From Polyangia bacterium (GTDB taxonomy: Bacteria > Myxococcota_A > Polyangia > Palsa-1104), in the NCBI GenBank assembly GCA_039923495.1, contig JBDTCO010000042.1, positions 7,925-71,924 of the forward strand: 64,000 bases of DNA, given 5' to 3'. Both the position numbers and the translations under genes were made by a program. The notes beneath the pieces are model-generated. The model was not told where the DNA came from. It saw only the letters and a list, made by a program, of their open reading frames with translations, and made no database searches. Shown here piece by piece: positions 18,635 to 27,351 of this stretch. Numbering within the stretch: the stretch's first letter is position 1; each line of letters starts with the position of its first letter.

Positions 18635-19477
18635 ATGAAGATCCGCGTCGTGCCCGAAGCCCGCTCGCTCGTGCCGGAGTCCGTCGAGGGGGCAACGGTC
18701 GTCGTCATCGACACGCTCCGCGCCACCACCACCATCGCCTGCGCCGTGGCGTGCGGGATCGTCGTCGAGACCGTCGCCTCCATCGCCGAGGCCAAGCGGC
18801 GACGCGGACCGCGCGTGCTCATCGCCGGCGAGCGCGGCGGCAAGAAGCTGCCCGGGTTCGATCTGGGCAACTCGCCCGTCGATATCGAGGCCGCTGCCCG
18901 CGGCACGGCCTCGCCCTCTGGGCGCGATGAAGGCCAGGCCGCTGCCCGCGGCACGGCCTCGCCCTCTGGGCGCGATGAAGGCCAGGCCGCTGCCCGCGGC
19001 ACGGCCTCGCCCGCTGGGCGCAATGAAGGCCAGGGACCCTCGCTCGGTGGCAAGAAGCTCGTGCTCACCACCACGAACGGTACCGGCGCCATCGCGCGCA
19101 GCGCCGCCGCTCGCGCGATCTACGTGGGCGCGCTCGTGAACGCCGCCGCGGTCGCGCGCGCCGTCTCGAACGCCGAGTCGCTCGTGCTGGTGTGCGCCGG
19201 GCGCACCACCGGCGTCGCGCTCGAAGATCTCCTCGGCGCGGGCGCGATCATCGCGGCGCTGCCCGCGGGCAGCTTCGAGGAGTCGCTACTGTCCGATGGC
19301 GCGCGGCTCTCGCTCGACCTGTTCATCCGCAGCAAGAAGCGGCTCCATGCGTTCCTGCGCGAGTGCGAGAGCGGCCGCAACCTGTTGCGCATGGGCGCAG
19401 AGGCCGACGTGAAGCTATGCGCCGAGCTCGATCGCAACGACGTCGCGCCGCGTCTCGTGCGTGGTTGCTTCAGGTAG
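18635..19477 (+). CDS. comB: 2-phosphosulfolactate phosphatase with an internal repeat insertion
   Basis: VVVIDTLRATTTI, GERGGKKLPGFDLGNSP and LTTTNGTGAI are the ComB family motifs. The gene starts 4 nt after the TPR gene stop. Confidence 0.8.
   Translation: MKIRVVPEARSLVPESVEGATVVVIDTLRATTTIACAVACGIVVETVASIAEAKRRRGPRVLIAGERGGKKLPGFDLGNSPVDIEAAARGTASPSGRDEGQAAARGTASPSGRDEGQAAARGTASPAGRNEGQGPSLGGKKLVLTTTNGTGAIARSAAARAIYVGALVNAAAVARAVSNAESLVLVCAGRTTGVALEDLLGAGAIIAALPAGSFEESLLSDGARLSLDLFIRSKKRLHAFLRECESGRNLLRMGAEADVKLCAELDRNDVAPRLVRGCFR
18890..19033 (+). repeat. In-frame 48-bp tandem repeat x3 inside comB
   Basis: Copies at 18890-18937 and 18938-18985 are identical. 18986-19033 differs at a few positions. 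Encodes (AAARGTASPSGRDEGQ)x2 plus AAARGTASPAGRNEGQ, between the GFDLGNSP and TTNGT motifs. Confidence 0.95.
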
Positions 19478-20621
19478 CGCTGATGTTTGCGATGTCGCGA
19501 CGCTGCACGGTGTAGCGCTCGAGGACGTCGGTGAGCATGTGCGCGCCGAAGCCGTGACCCGGGGGCACCGGCGTCATGCGCGTGCCGGGCGCATGATCGA
19601 GCCTCGCATCGGTGAGGTCGTGCTCGAGGCTGCGGGTCGGCACGGTGGACTCGAAAAAAAGCGCGCCTTCGACGCGTGCGACGAACGCGCGGCCGAGCGA
19701 GGACAGCACGCCCGACTCGCCGACCATGCAGCCGAGCTGCCAGCCGAGACCAGCGCGACGCGCGCGCGCGACGAGGCGCATGGTGCCGAAGATGCCTCCG
19801 CACTTCGAGAGTCGCAGGTTGAAGAGATCGACGGCGCCGGTCTGAATCGCGCGCTCGGCGTCATCGAGCGTGCAGAGGCTCTCGTCGAGCATGACGACCG
19901 TGCCATCGCGACGGAGCTGGGCGCAGCCGGCCAGGTCGCGCTCGGCGAGCGGCTCCTCGATGGACGAGAGCTGGAGGCTGCGCAGGAGCACGCGCGCGCT
20001 CTCCACGTCGAAGACACCGTTGGCGTCGCCGCGGAGGTTCGCGTCGGGAAAAACGCGGCGCAGCGCGGCGACGCGCGCGCGATCGTTGGCGGCGCCGAAA
20101 CCCACCTTCACCTTGAGATCGAGCACGTCGTGAAGCTCGCCTGCCCTCGAGAGCGCGCCCTCGAGATCGTCTCCGATGGTGAGCGTCTGACGAACGTGCT
20201 CGAACGGCTTTTCGCGCAGCAGGCCGGCGTACTCGGGGACCGCGGCGACGGCGTCCAGGATCGGCCGCTGCTCGCGGCGAGCGTGCGCGTCGAGGATCGC
20301 GAGCTCGAGCGCGCACGCCGCGGCGAGCTGCGGTGCGCGCTCGCCGCCGAGCTCGCGCGCGAGATCTCGATCGGCGAGATCTCGCGCCGCGAAGGCCAGG
20401 TCGGGCTGCTCTTCCGGTACGACCCCGGACGACAGCGCGGACAGCACGGACGCGACCGTCTCGCCGGTCACGTACTCCCGAGGGACCGACTCGCCCCAGC
20501 CTCGGCTGCCATCCGAGAGCTCGACCTCGACGATGACGTTGTCCGCCACGTTGCGCGGGCTGCGTGCGTGCCCGAACTGGTATCGCATCGGGATGCGGAC
20601 GTGTGACGCGGAGACCTTCAC
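19470..20621 (-). CDS. Enolase-superfamily enzyme, muconate-lactonizing-enzyme subgroup (dipeptide epimerase / N-acylamino-acid racemase-like)
   Basis: KxK motif LKVKVG, metal ligands in GDANG, IEEP and MLDES, and a second catalytic Lys in LRLSKCGG. GTG 20621 overlaps the upstream TGA (GTGA). Confidence 0.75.
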   Translation of the reverse strand: MKVSASHVRIPMRYQFGHARSPRNVADNVIVEVELSDGSRGWGESVPREYVTGETVASVLSALSSGVVPEEQPDLAFAARDLADRDLARELGGERAPQLAAACALELAILDAHARREQRPILDAVAAVPEYAGLLREKPFEHVRQTLTIGDDLEGALSRAGELHDVLDLKVKVGFGAANDRARVAALRRVFPDANLRGDANGVFDVESARVLLRSLQLSSIEEPLAERDLAGCAQLRRDGTVVMLDESLCTLDDAERAIQTGAVDLFNLRLSKCGGIFGTMRLVARARRAGLGWQLGCMVGESGVLSSLGRAFVARVEGALFFESTVPTRSLEHDLTDARLDHAPGTRMTPVPPGHGFGAHMLTDVLERYTVQRRDIANISAT

Positions 20622-21415
20622 GGAGCGAGCAGCGAGACCAGCCGATCCGCGAGCAGCGCGGGCGCCTCGAGCACGAGCGCGTGCTCGCCCGGCAGGCGCA
20701 CGATCTGGCGCGGTGCGAGCAGGCGCTCGACCGTGGCGTTGTCGACGATGCGATCGGAGTCGGCGAGCAGCGTCGTGATGGGCACCGAGAGGCCCGGCAG
20801 CACGGAGATCGCGCGATCGAGGAGGCCACGGCTCGGGGCGAGGAACGAGCGCGGCTGCGTGCGCCACGCCAGCTCGTCGGCGCGGATGCGCTGCGTCACC
20901 TCGGGATCGGACGAGAACACGTCGACATCGAACGGTAGCGCGACCGGATCCTCGGTGCCCGCAGCGAGGGCAGCGGCGCGCGCGCGGATCTGTGGTGCCA
21001 TCGCGAGGCCCGGTGCAGCGAGGAAGATCTGATCGGGTGGATCGATGCTCGCGGAGACGAGCGCGAGACGCGCGCCCCAGCACCAGCCGAGCAGCGCGAC
21101 GCGATGACCCTTGCTGCGGAGGTGCGCCTGCGCGACCCGGATGTCGTGGAGCCAGTGATTGGGCTCGGCCGTACCAACGAGGGACGTGGCTCGACCCGAG
21201 CCGCGGCGATCGACCGCGACGCTCGCGATGCCACGCTCTGCCAGGGCCTCGGCGAGCGGTTCGAGCCAGCCCGCGTGCGACATGACACCGTGGATGAGCA
21301 CGATACTGTGGCGTGCGCCCGGCACGTCGCGGATGTGCAGCGCGGCGGCCTCGTCGACGAGCCCCGGCGGCTCACCCGCACGCTCGATGGCGAACACGGC
21401 AGATCCTCCGGTCAC
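20618..21415 (-). CDS. Alpha/beta-fold hydrolase with a Cys at the nucleophile elbow (GWCWG)
   Basis: IVLIHGVMSHAGW oxyanion region. The nucleophile elbow reads G-W-C-W-G (21074-21088) instead of GxSxG. The GTG start overlaps the upstream stop. Confidence 0.7.
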   Translation of the reverse strand: MTGGSAVFAIERAGEPPGLVDEAAALHIRDVPGARHSIVLIHGVMSHAGWLEPLAEALAERGIASVAVDRRGSGRATSLVGTAEPNHWLHDIRVAQAHLRSKGHRVALLGWCWGARLALVSASIDPPDQIFLAAPGLAMAPQIRARAAALAAGTEDPVALPFDVDVFSSDPEVTQRIRADELAWRTQPRSFLAPSRGLLDRAISVLPGLSVPITTLLADSDRIVDNATVERLLAPRQIVRLPGEHALVLEAPALLADRLVSLLAP

Positions 21416-22014
21416 TGGCTCGGCCTCTTCGGCGGGACGGACGTGGTCTTCATGCTCTTCCCATCATGGAGTCGCTCGATCATCCGAGCGAGCAGGACTT
21501 CGACTTGCGGCGCGGTGCAGGCCTCGACCTCGGCCTCGACGTGGATCATCTCGCCACCCACGAGCGCCCACGCTGCGGTGCGCTCGAGAGCGCCGGTCTC
21601 CGTGACGTTGCGCACGATGAACGCGTGCTGTGCGCCGGCCACCGCGATGCTCGCGACCTGGGCGCGCGGGGACGTGAGGCGTGCGCGCATCGCATCGAAC
21701 GCGCTGGTGGCGGCGGGTTGACGACCGGTGAGCACCTCGCCGATCACGTCGTCGTGGCCGTAGTAGTGGCGGCACTCGTCGAGGAGCTGCGACTGACCCT
21801 TCGGGGCGCCAGCGCCGCCGCATGCCTGCGCGACGAGCATGTCATCGACGGTGCTCGCGAGGTCCGCGGGGCAGCACACCGGAGGCGCATGCGGGCAACA
21901 CGCGGGGCTGCGATCGAACGTCTGGCACTCTGCAGCGCCCGCAACACCCGACAGCAAAAGAGCGGGCAGCAGCAGCCCCGCCCGCAGTCCCATCGCCCAC
22001 CGCCCGGACTTCAT
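21412..22014 (-). CDS. Secreted Cys-rich protein of unknown function (200 aa)
   Basis: ATG 22014 gives the signal peptide MKSGRWAMGLRAGLLLPALLLSGVAGAAE, then CQTFDRSPACCPHAPPVCCP. The C-terminal half has normal globular composition. The upstream part of track ORF 21412..23160 is Arg-rich shadow. Confidence 0.5.
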   Translation of the reverse strand: MKSGRWAMGLRAGLLLPALLLSGVAGAAECQTFDRSPACCPHAPPVCCPADLASTVDDMLVAQACGGAGAPKGQSQLLDECRHYYGHDDVIGEVLTGRQPAATSAFDAMRARLTSPRAQVASIAVAGAQHAFIVRNVTETGALERTAAWALVGGEMIHVEAEVEACTAPQVEVLLARMIERLHDGKSMKTTSVPPKRPSQ

Positions 22015-22070
22015 CACGCCCAAGCGTAGCACCCGCGGAGCGCCGCGAAAGGTGGGAGGAGGTCCCACCT

Positions 22071-23327
22071 TCAGTCCACTCGCACCGTCGGCAAGAGACC
22101 CCCGCCGAGCGTGATGTTGATGAGCGGCGTGTCGCTCGCGCGCGCGATCCCGCCCGCGTATTTGCAGCCGAAGAGGAACGGGTTCCAGTTGTAGAACTTG
22201 TCGTGCACTCCGCCTGCGTGTGGGACGCGCAGCTTCGGCAGCACGGCGTAGGCCTGCTCGATCCACGGGCTCTGCTCGGCGTCGTCGAGCGCGGCCTGCC
22301 GATCGGTGTCGCTCGCGAGGCCGGGCAGCAGCACGTGCAGACCGCCATGGCTCTCGCCCTTCTTGAGGACCACGTGATCGCCATGCGTGCGCAGCTGCGC
22401 GATGCGCTCCGCGTCGAGGATCCTGGTCGGCAACACGGGGCACTCGCCGCGCGACGCCGGCCAGTTCGCGCACAGGTGCGCGAGCAAGGTCTTCGAGCTC
22501 GCGAGGTACGAGCGCAGCGGGTTGACCATGCACACCTTCCCCCCGCGATATGCAGCGACGAGCGGCGCCACCTCGCTCGCGCGCTCGAGGAGCTCGGTGA
22601 AGAGCGCGCGGCGATACACGAGATCGATGACGCGACCGTCGTGCCGCAGCTTGCCGCCGGAGAACTCGAGCGCGCGCGGATCGCACACGATCGTCGGACA
22701 GCCGTGCTCCTCGAAGAACTCCGCGATGCGCGCATGCTCGAAGCGCGTCTTCTGTCCGGGCCAGTCGACGACGGCGATGGTCGGCGTGAGATCGCGACCG
22801 CCGTACTCCGCATAGCAGGCGAGCAGCGTGGCGTGCAGCTGCGGGAGCTGGCGCTCGATGCGCAGGTGCGCGGCGTGCTTCGCGATGTGCGGCAGGGTCA
22901 TCAGGCACTCGGCGACGTGGTCCGAGAACGCCATCATCGCCGGGCTGTCGGAGTTGTACTCGACGTACTTGATCGCACCGTCGACGAAGATGGCGTCTGG
23001 CCGCGCGAGCACCGAGATCGTGCGATAGCCCGGATCGATCTCGACCCAGTCGCGCGCCTCGGGGCGCAGGTGCAACGAACGCATCATCGCCGGATCGCGC
23101 AGCGCTTCCTGCGCGACGTCCTCCACCGTGAGCGCGAGGTCCTCCGCGCTGCGGATCCACGTATCGAGCGCCTTGCTCTCCGCGTAGAACGGCACGCAGT
23201 ACGTCGGCAGGAGGCCGTCGCCGAAGTAGATGCCTCGACGGGTGAGCTCGCTGGTGAGCGCGCGCTCGGCGGCCACGATGGCGTCGTGCTCGTGGAGCTC
23301 GCCGATGAGTTGTTGGAGCAGGCTCAT
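22071..23327 (-). CDS. Circularly permuted ATP-grasp (type 2) amide ligase, paralogue 2
   Basis: LARPDAIFVDGAIKYVEYNSDSPAMMAF and VVLKKGESHGGLHVLL match the same pattern as 5958..7307. ATG 23327 (MSLLQQL). Confidence 0.6.
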   Translation of the reverse strand: MSLLQQLIGELHEHDAIVAAERALTSELTRRGIYFGDGLLPTYCVPFYAESKALDTWIRSAEDLALTVEDVAQEALRDPAMMRSLHLRPEARDWVEIDPGYRTISVLARPDAIFVDGAIKYVEYNSDSPAMMAFSDHVAECLMTLPHIAKHAAHLRIERQLPQLHATLLACYAEYGGRDLTPTIAVVDWPGQKTRFEHARIAEFFEEHGCPTIVCDPRALEFSGGKLRHDGRVIDLVYRRALFTELLERASEVAPLVAAYRGGKVCMVNPLRSYLASSKTLLAHLCANWPASRGECPVLPTRILDAERIAQLRTHGDHVVLKKGESHGGLHVLLPGLASDTDRQAALDDAEQSPWIEQAYAVLPKLRVPHAGGVHDKFYNWNPFLFGCKYAGGIARASDTPLINITLGGGLLPTVRVD

Positions 23328-23400
23328 ACGATCACAGGGCGCAAGCGGGTTCAGCTTACATCGTTCCGCCCGACCCCCCGCGTGTATAAAGAAGGCCGCC

Positions 23401-24150
23401 GTGAACGTGTTCGTGCAGCCGCACCTCGACGACGTGGCCTGGTCGTGCGGCGGGACGGTGCGGCGGCTCGCGAGGCAGGCGCCGTGCCGCGTCGTCACGG
23501 TGTTCGATCGCAGTCCCGAGCCGTCGAGATCGCTGTCGCCGTTTGCCCGCATGCTCCACACGGCGTGGGGCGCGGGTCGCGATCCGCTGCCGATGCGACG
23601 CGCCGAGAACGAGCGCGCGCTGCGAATCCTCGGCGCGACGGGCGAGGGCCTGTCGATCCACGAGGCGCTGTACCGCGATCCGCCCGTGTCCTCGAGCGGC
23701 GAGCTTTTGACCCCACCCGGGCCTGCGCTCGCCCCGCTGGTGCGCGAGATCGCGGAGCGCCTCGTCGTGGCGTGCCGTGGTGCGACGCGGGTGTTTCTCC
23801 CGCTCGGCATCGCCACGCACGTCGATCACATGCTGTGCTACGCGGCGCATGAGCGGCTGCGTGCGACCGGTCTGGTGGTGCATCACTACGAGGACTTTCC
23901 CTACGTGACGCGCTTGGGAAAGCTCGTGGCGCGGCTGAACATGGTTCCGGTGCTGGCGTCGTTCACCGTCGACATCGACGACACGCTGCCCGCGCGCATC
24001 GAGGCCATACGAGCGTATCCATCGCAGCTTGGTCCCATGGGCATGGACCGTCCCGACGAGCTCGTGCGCACGCACGCAGCGTCGGTCGTGGAGCGAGGGC
24101 ATGGAGAGCGCTTCTGGACGCTCGATCCACACGACTCCGCGCTGCGGTAA
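23401..24150 (+). CDS. PIG-L/LmbE-family deacetylase
   Basis: GTG 23401. N-terminal VQPHLDDVAWSCGGT (the PHxDD...GGT zinc-site motif) and a later HVDH motif. Confidence 0.75.
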   Translation: MNVFVQPHLDDVAWSCGGTVRRLARQAPCRVVTVFDRSPEPSRSLSPFARMLHTAWGAGRDPLPMRRAENERALRILGATGEGLSIHEALYRDPPVSSSGELLTPPGPALAPLVREIAERLVVACRGATRVFLPLGIATHVDHMLCYAAHERLRATGLVVHHYEDFPYVTRLGKLVARLNMVPVLASFTVDIDDTLPARIEAIRAYPSQLGPMGMDRPDELVRTHAASVVERGHGERFWTLDPHDSALR

Positions 24151-24162
24151 CATCTTCGTTCC

Positions 24163-25776
24163 GTGGACTACGATGCAGTCGTAAAGCGCTTCGACCAGAC
24201 GCTCGCACGACCTGAGCTCGCGCAGCACGACACGCTCGTGCGACTCCTGCGGCAGCTCGGGGGCGGTCGCTTTGGCAAGGAGCACGGCCTCGACGCGCTC
24301 ATGTCGCGCGAGCTCTCGTATGCCGGGCTCGTGGACGCCTTCCGTCGGAACGTGCCGCTGCGCGACTTCGAGGGCCTGCGCGCGTACATCGAGCCGTGCC
24401 CGCAGGACCTGTCGGGCGAGGTGCCGCTGTGCCTCCTGCGCACGTCGGCGTCGACGGGAAAACCCAAGCTCATCCCCTACACGGCGGCGTTCCGCGACTC
24501 CATCAAGCGCGCGCACGACGTGTTCTCCGCTGCGATGTTCCGCGATGCTCCGACGCTGCCGCTGGGCGGTGGAACGCCGCGCGCCGTCGGTCTCTACCAG
24601 CTCTCTTCGACGAGGCAGGAGGCGCTCGGGTTGCCCGTCGACTCGTACGTCTCGCGGCTCTACGACGTGGCGCTCGCGGAGGATCCATTCTTCTACGCGT
24701 TCGACGACACCGGGCCGGGCCGCGCGATCTGCACGATCCCCGACGCGCGCGAGCGGCTCTTCCAGATGGCGCTCGCATCGCAGGGCTGGGATCTGCACGC
24801 GCTCCGCGCCACGAACCCGACGACGCTGCTGCTGCTCTCGCGTGTCCTCGCCGACGAGACGGAGCGCTTCTGCCGCGAGATCGCCGCCTTCGACGTCGAG
24901 CGTGCACGCAGGCTCTCGTCGCTGGGTCGGCCGATCTCTGCGCGCGATCTGTGGCCGAACCTCGCGCTGCTCGTCACGTGGCGCGGCGGCACGTGTCACC
25001 TGTTCGAGCCGCACCTGCGTGCGGCGTTCGGGGACGTGCGCATCCGCGCGCCCATCTACGCCGCGTCGGAAGGCGTCGTCGCGCTGCCTCTCGCCGACGC
25101 CGATCTCGGCGGGGCACCTGCCGTCGAGTCCACGTTCTTCGAGTTCCTGCCCGAACCCTTCGATGGCACGAGCACGCTGCTCCTGCACGAGCTCCAGCAG
25201 GGCAAGCGCTACGAGCTCATCTTCACGTCGCCCACCGGGATGACGCGGTACCGCATCGGCGATCTCGTGCAGGTGGACGGCCTGGCGAACGGCACGCCGA
25301 CGTTCCACTTCCTCGCGCGCAAAGGTCGCACGAGCTCCGTCACCGGCGAGAAGCTCACCGAGCTCCAGGTCGAGCAGGCGGTGTCGAACGCGTGTTCGCG
25401 GCTGCACCTCTCGCCTGTGCACTTCATGCTGTCGCCACAGATCGAGGCGCTGCCGTACTACGTGCTGTCCGTCGATTTTGGCACCGGGCTTGGCACCGGG
25501 CTCGGCGCCGGGCTTGGCGCCGACACTGCCGCTGTGTCGCAGCTGGCCGCCGCGGTCGACGAGCAGCTCATGCAGCTCAACGTCGAGTACGAGGCGAAGC
25601 GGAGCTCGGCGCGGCTCGGTCCGCTCGTGCTGCGTCGCTGCAAGCGCGGCTCGTTCGAGGCGCTGCAGGCGAGCGGCCTCTCCGGTGGCGGCGCGGTCAA
25701 CTTCAAGCTGTCGCACCTCACGGGCGAGCCCGTGCACGAGCGCCTCCCGCCCGACGTGAAGGAAGATCAGACGTGA
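24163..25776 (+). CDS. GH3-family acyl-acid amido synthetase-like adenylating enzyme, copy 1
   Basis: N-terminal GH3 pattern (...FRRNVPLRDFEGLRAYIE...LLRTSASTGKPKLIPYT), central YRIGDLV, C-terminal KR. Contains a Gly-rich insert GTGLGTGLGAGLGA. Confidence 0.7.
   Translation: MDYDAVVKRFDQTLARPELAQHDTLVRLLRQLGGGRFGKEHGLDALMSRELSYAGLVDAFRRNVPLRDFEGLRAYIEPCPQDLSGEVPLCLLRTSASTGKPKLIPYTAAFRDSIKRAHDVFSAAMFRDAPTLPLGGGTPRAVGLYQLSSTRQEALGLPVDSYVSRLYDVALAEDPFFYAFDDTGPGRAICTIPDARERLFQMALASQGWDLHALRATNPTTLLLLSRVLADETERFCREIAAFDVERARRLSSLGRPISARDLWPNLALLVTWRGGTCHLFEPHLRAAFGDVRIRAPIYAASEGVVALPLADADLGGAPAVESTFFEFLPEPFDGTSTLLLHELQQGKRYELIFTSPTGMTRYRIGDLVQVDGLANGTPTFHFLARKGRTSSVTGEKLTELQVEQAVSNACSRLHLSPVHFMLSPQIEALPYYVLSVDFGTGLGTGLGAGLGADTAAVSQLAAAVDEQLMQLNVEYEAKRSSARLGPLVLRRCKRGSFEALQASGLSGGGAVNFKLSHLTGEPVHERLPPDVKEDQT
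25480..25521 (+). repeat. 12-bp in-frame tandem repeat (GGCACCGGGCTT-like, about 3.5 copies) inside GH3 copy 1
   Basis: Read directly. Encodes GTGLGTGLGAGLGA. Confidence 0.85.
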
Positions 25777-27350
25777 GCTTCGACGATGCACTCCTCGATC
25801 CCGAGACCGCGCAGCGCGAGACGCTGCGTCGCCTCATCACCCACAACCAGGACTCGGCGTACGGACGCGATCATGGCTTTGCCGAGATCACGACGTACGA
25901 GCAGTACGCGCAGCGCGTCCCGGAAGCCACGTACGACGCGCTCGAGCCCTACGTCGCGCGCATGCTCGAGGGAGAAGCCGGCGTGCTCGTGAGCGACGAG
26001 GTCGTTTACCTGGCGACGTCGAGCGGCACGACCGGCCGCAAGAAGTACGTGCTCATCAACCCGGGCTTCTACGACGAGACGGTCCGCTGGATGGCGCTCG
26101 AGCAGCGCTTCCTCGAGGCCGCGCACCCCGAGGTCGCGGGCCGGTCCGAGCTGCGCTACGTGAACCGCATCGAGGGCTCGATGCCGACGGGCCTGCCCAT
26201 CGGCGCCGTCAGCGGCTGGTTCTACGGGCAGGAGGTCGCGCGCGGCACGTACACGGAGCTCGTGCCGTACGACGCCTACCAGATAGGCTCGGTCACGGGC
26301 CGGAACTTCGCGGTGCTCGCGTTCGCGCTGCGTCGCAGCTTCGTGCGGCTCTCGGCGGTCAATCCTTCGACGCTGCTGCTCGTCGCGCAGCGCCTCGTCG
26401 CCGATGGTCCCCGGCTGGTGCATGCGGTGCGTGACGGCGGCCTCTCCCACGAGGAGATCGATCCGGCGGCCGCTGCTGCACTTTCTCCGCTGCTCCCGCC
26501 CGATCCTGCGCGCGCGCAGGCGCTCGAGGAGATCCTCGCCCGCGACGGCAAGCTCACGCCGGCCGCCGTGTGGCCCGAGCTGTCGATCCTGTGCTGCTGG
26601 ATCAACGCGGGCGCGGGCCTCTATCGCCAGGATCTCGCCGACACCTTCGGTCCGATCCCCGTGTGGGACTACGGCTACACGTCGAGCGAGGGCCGCGTCA
26701 CGGTCACCGCCGATGATCGCGGTGCCGGTGTCCCGCTGCTGCAGTCCGTGTTCCTCGAGCTCAAGTCCGAGCACGGCGTCATCCCGCTGTTCGCCGCGAA
26801 GGACGGCGACGAGGGCGAGCTGCTCGTCACCAACTCGCGGGGCCTCTATCGCTACGGCATGGGCGACCTCGTGTCGGTGGTCGGCCGCATGCACAAGGCG
26901 CCGCTGCTGCAGTTCCGTCGCAAGACGAGCGCGGTCGCGTCGCTCACCGGCGAGAAGCTCACCGAGGAGCAGGTCGGTCGTGTGGTCGAGCAGATGCTCA
27001 CGAGCCGCGGCCTGCGCTCGCGCTTCTTCTGCCTCGCGCCCGAGTGGGGCCAGCCCCCTGGCTACGTGCTGCTACTCGAGCTGTCGACGAGCATCGAGCA
27101 GCGTGTCCTCGACGAGCTCGCGGGTGCCCTCGAGGTCGGCCTCGTGGATGCGAACGCCGAGTACGAGAAGAAGCGCGAGACGCTTCGCCTCGCCGCGCCG
27201 ATCGTGCAGCTGCTCCCCGCCGGTGCCTACGATGCCTACGTCGCCGCGCAAGCCGCCGCTGGTCGGGAGACCGCCCGCATCAAGACCCCGCGGGTCACGA
27301 TGGACACCAAGCTGGCGCCTCAGTTCCCCGCGCTCGCCCGCTCGAAATAG
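25773..27350 (+). CDS. GH3-family acyl-acid amido synthetase-like adenylating enzyme, copy 2
   Basis: GTG 25773 overlaps the upstream TGA (GTGA). YGRDHGFAEITTYEQYAQRVPEATYDALEPYVARMLEGE...LATSSGTTGRKKYV, YRYGMGDLV and EYEKKR are classic GH3 motifs. The 5' part of track ORF 24396..27350 is off-frame shadow of copy 1. Confidence 0.78.
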   Translation: MSFDDALLDPETAQRETLRRLITHNQDSAYGRDHGFAEITTYEQYAQRVPEATYDALEPYVARMLEGEAGVLVSDEVVYLATSSGTTGRKKYVLINPGFYDETVRWMALEQRFLEAAHPEVAGRSELRYVNRIEGSMPTGLPIGAVSGWFYGQEVARGTYTELVPYDAYQIGSVTGRNFAVLAFALRRSFVRLSAVNPSTLLLVAQRLVADGPRLVHAVRDGGLSHEEIDPAAAAALSPLLPPDPARAQALEEILARDGKLTPAAVWPELSILCCWINAGAGLYRQDLADTFGPIPVWDYGYTSSEGRVTVTADDRGAGVPLLQSVFLELKSEHGVIPLFAAKDGDEGELLVTNSRGLYRYGMGDLVSVVGRMHKAPLLQFRRKTSAVASLTGEKLTEEQVGRVVEQMLTSRGLRSRFFCLAPEWGQPPGYVLLLELSTSIEQRVLDELAGALEVGLVDANAEYEKKRETLRLAAPIVQLLPAGAYDAYVAAQAAAGRETARIKTPRVTMDTKLAPQFPALARSK

Positions 27351-27351
27351 A

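Noticed and set aside
24396-25772. N-terminal 459 aa of the 984-aa track ORF 24396..27350.
   Set aside because: This part is an off-frame overlap of GH3 copy 1 (Arg/Ala-rich). Recognisable GH3 sequence begins only at GTG 25773, which overlaps the copy-1 stop.
23356-25791. 811-aa minus-strand ORF antisense to the PIG-L and GH3 genes.
   Set aside because: Arg-rich junk composition. The plus-strand frames carry clear PIG-L and GH3 motifs.
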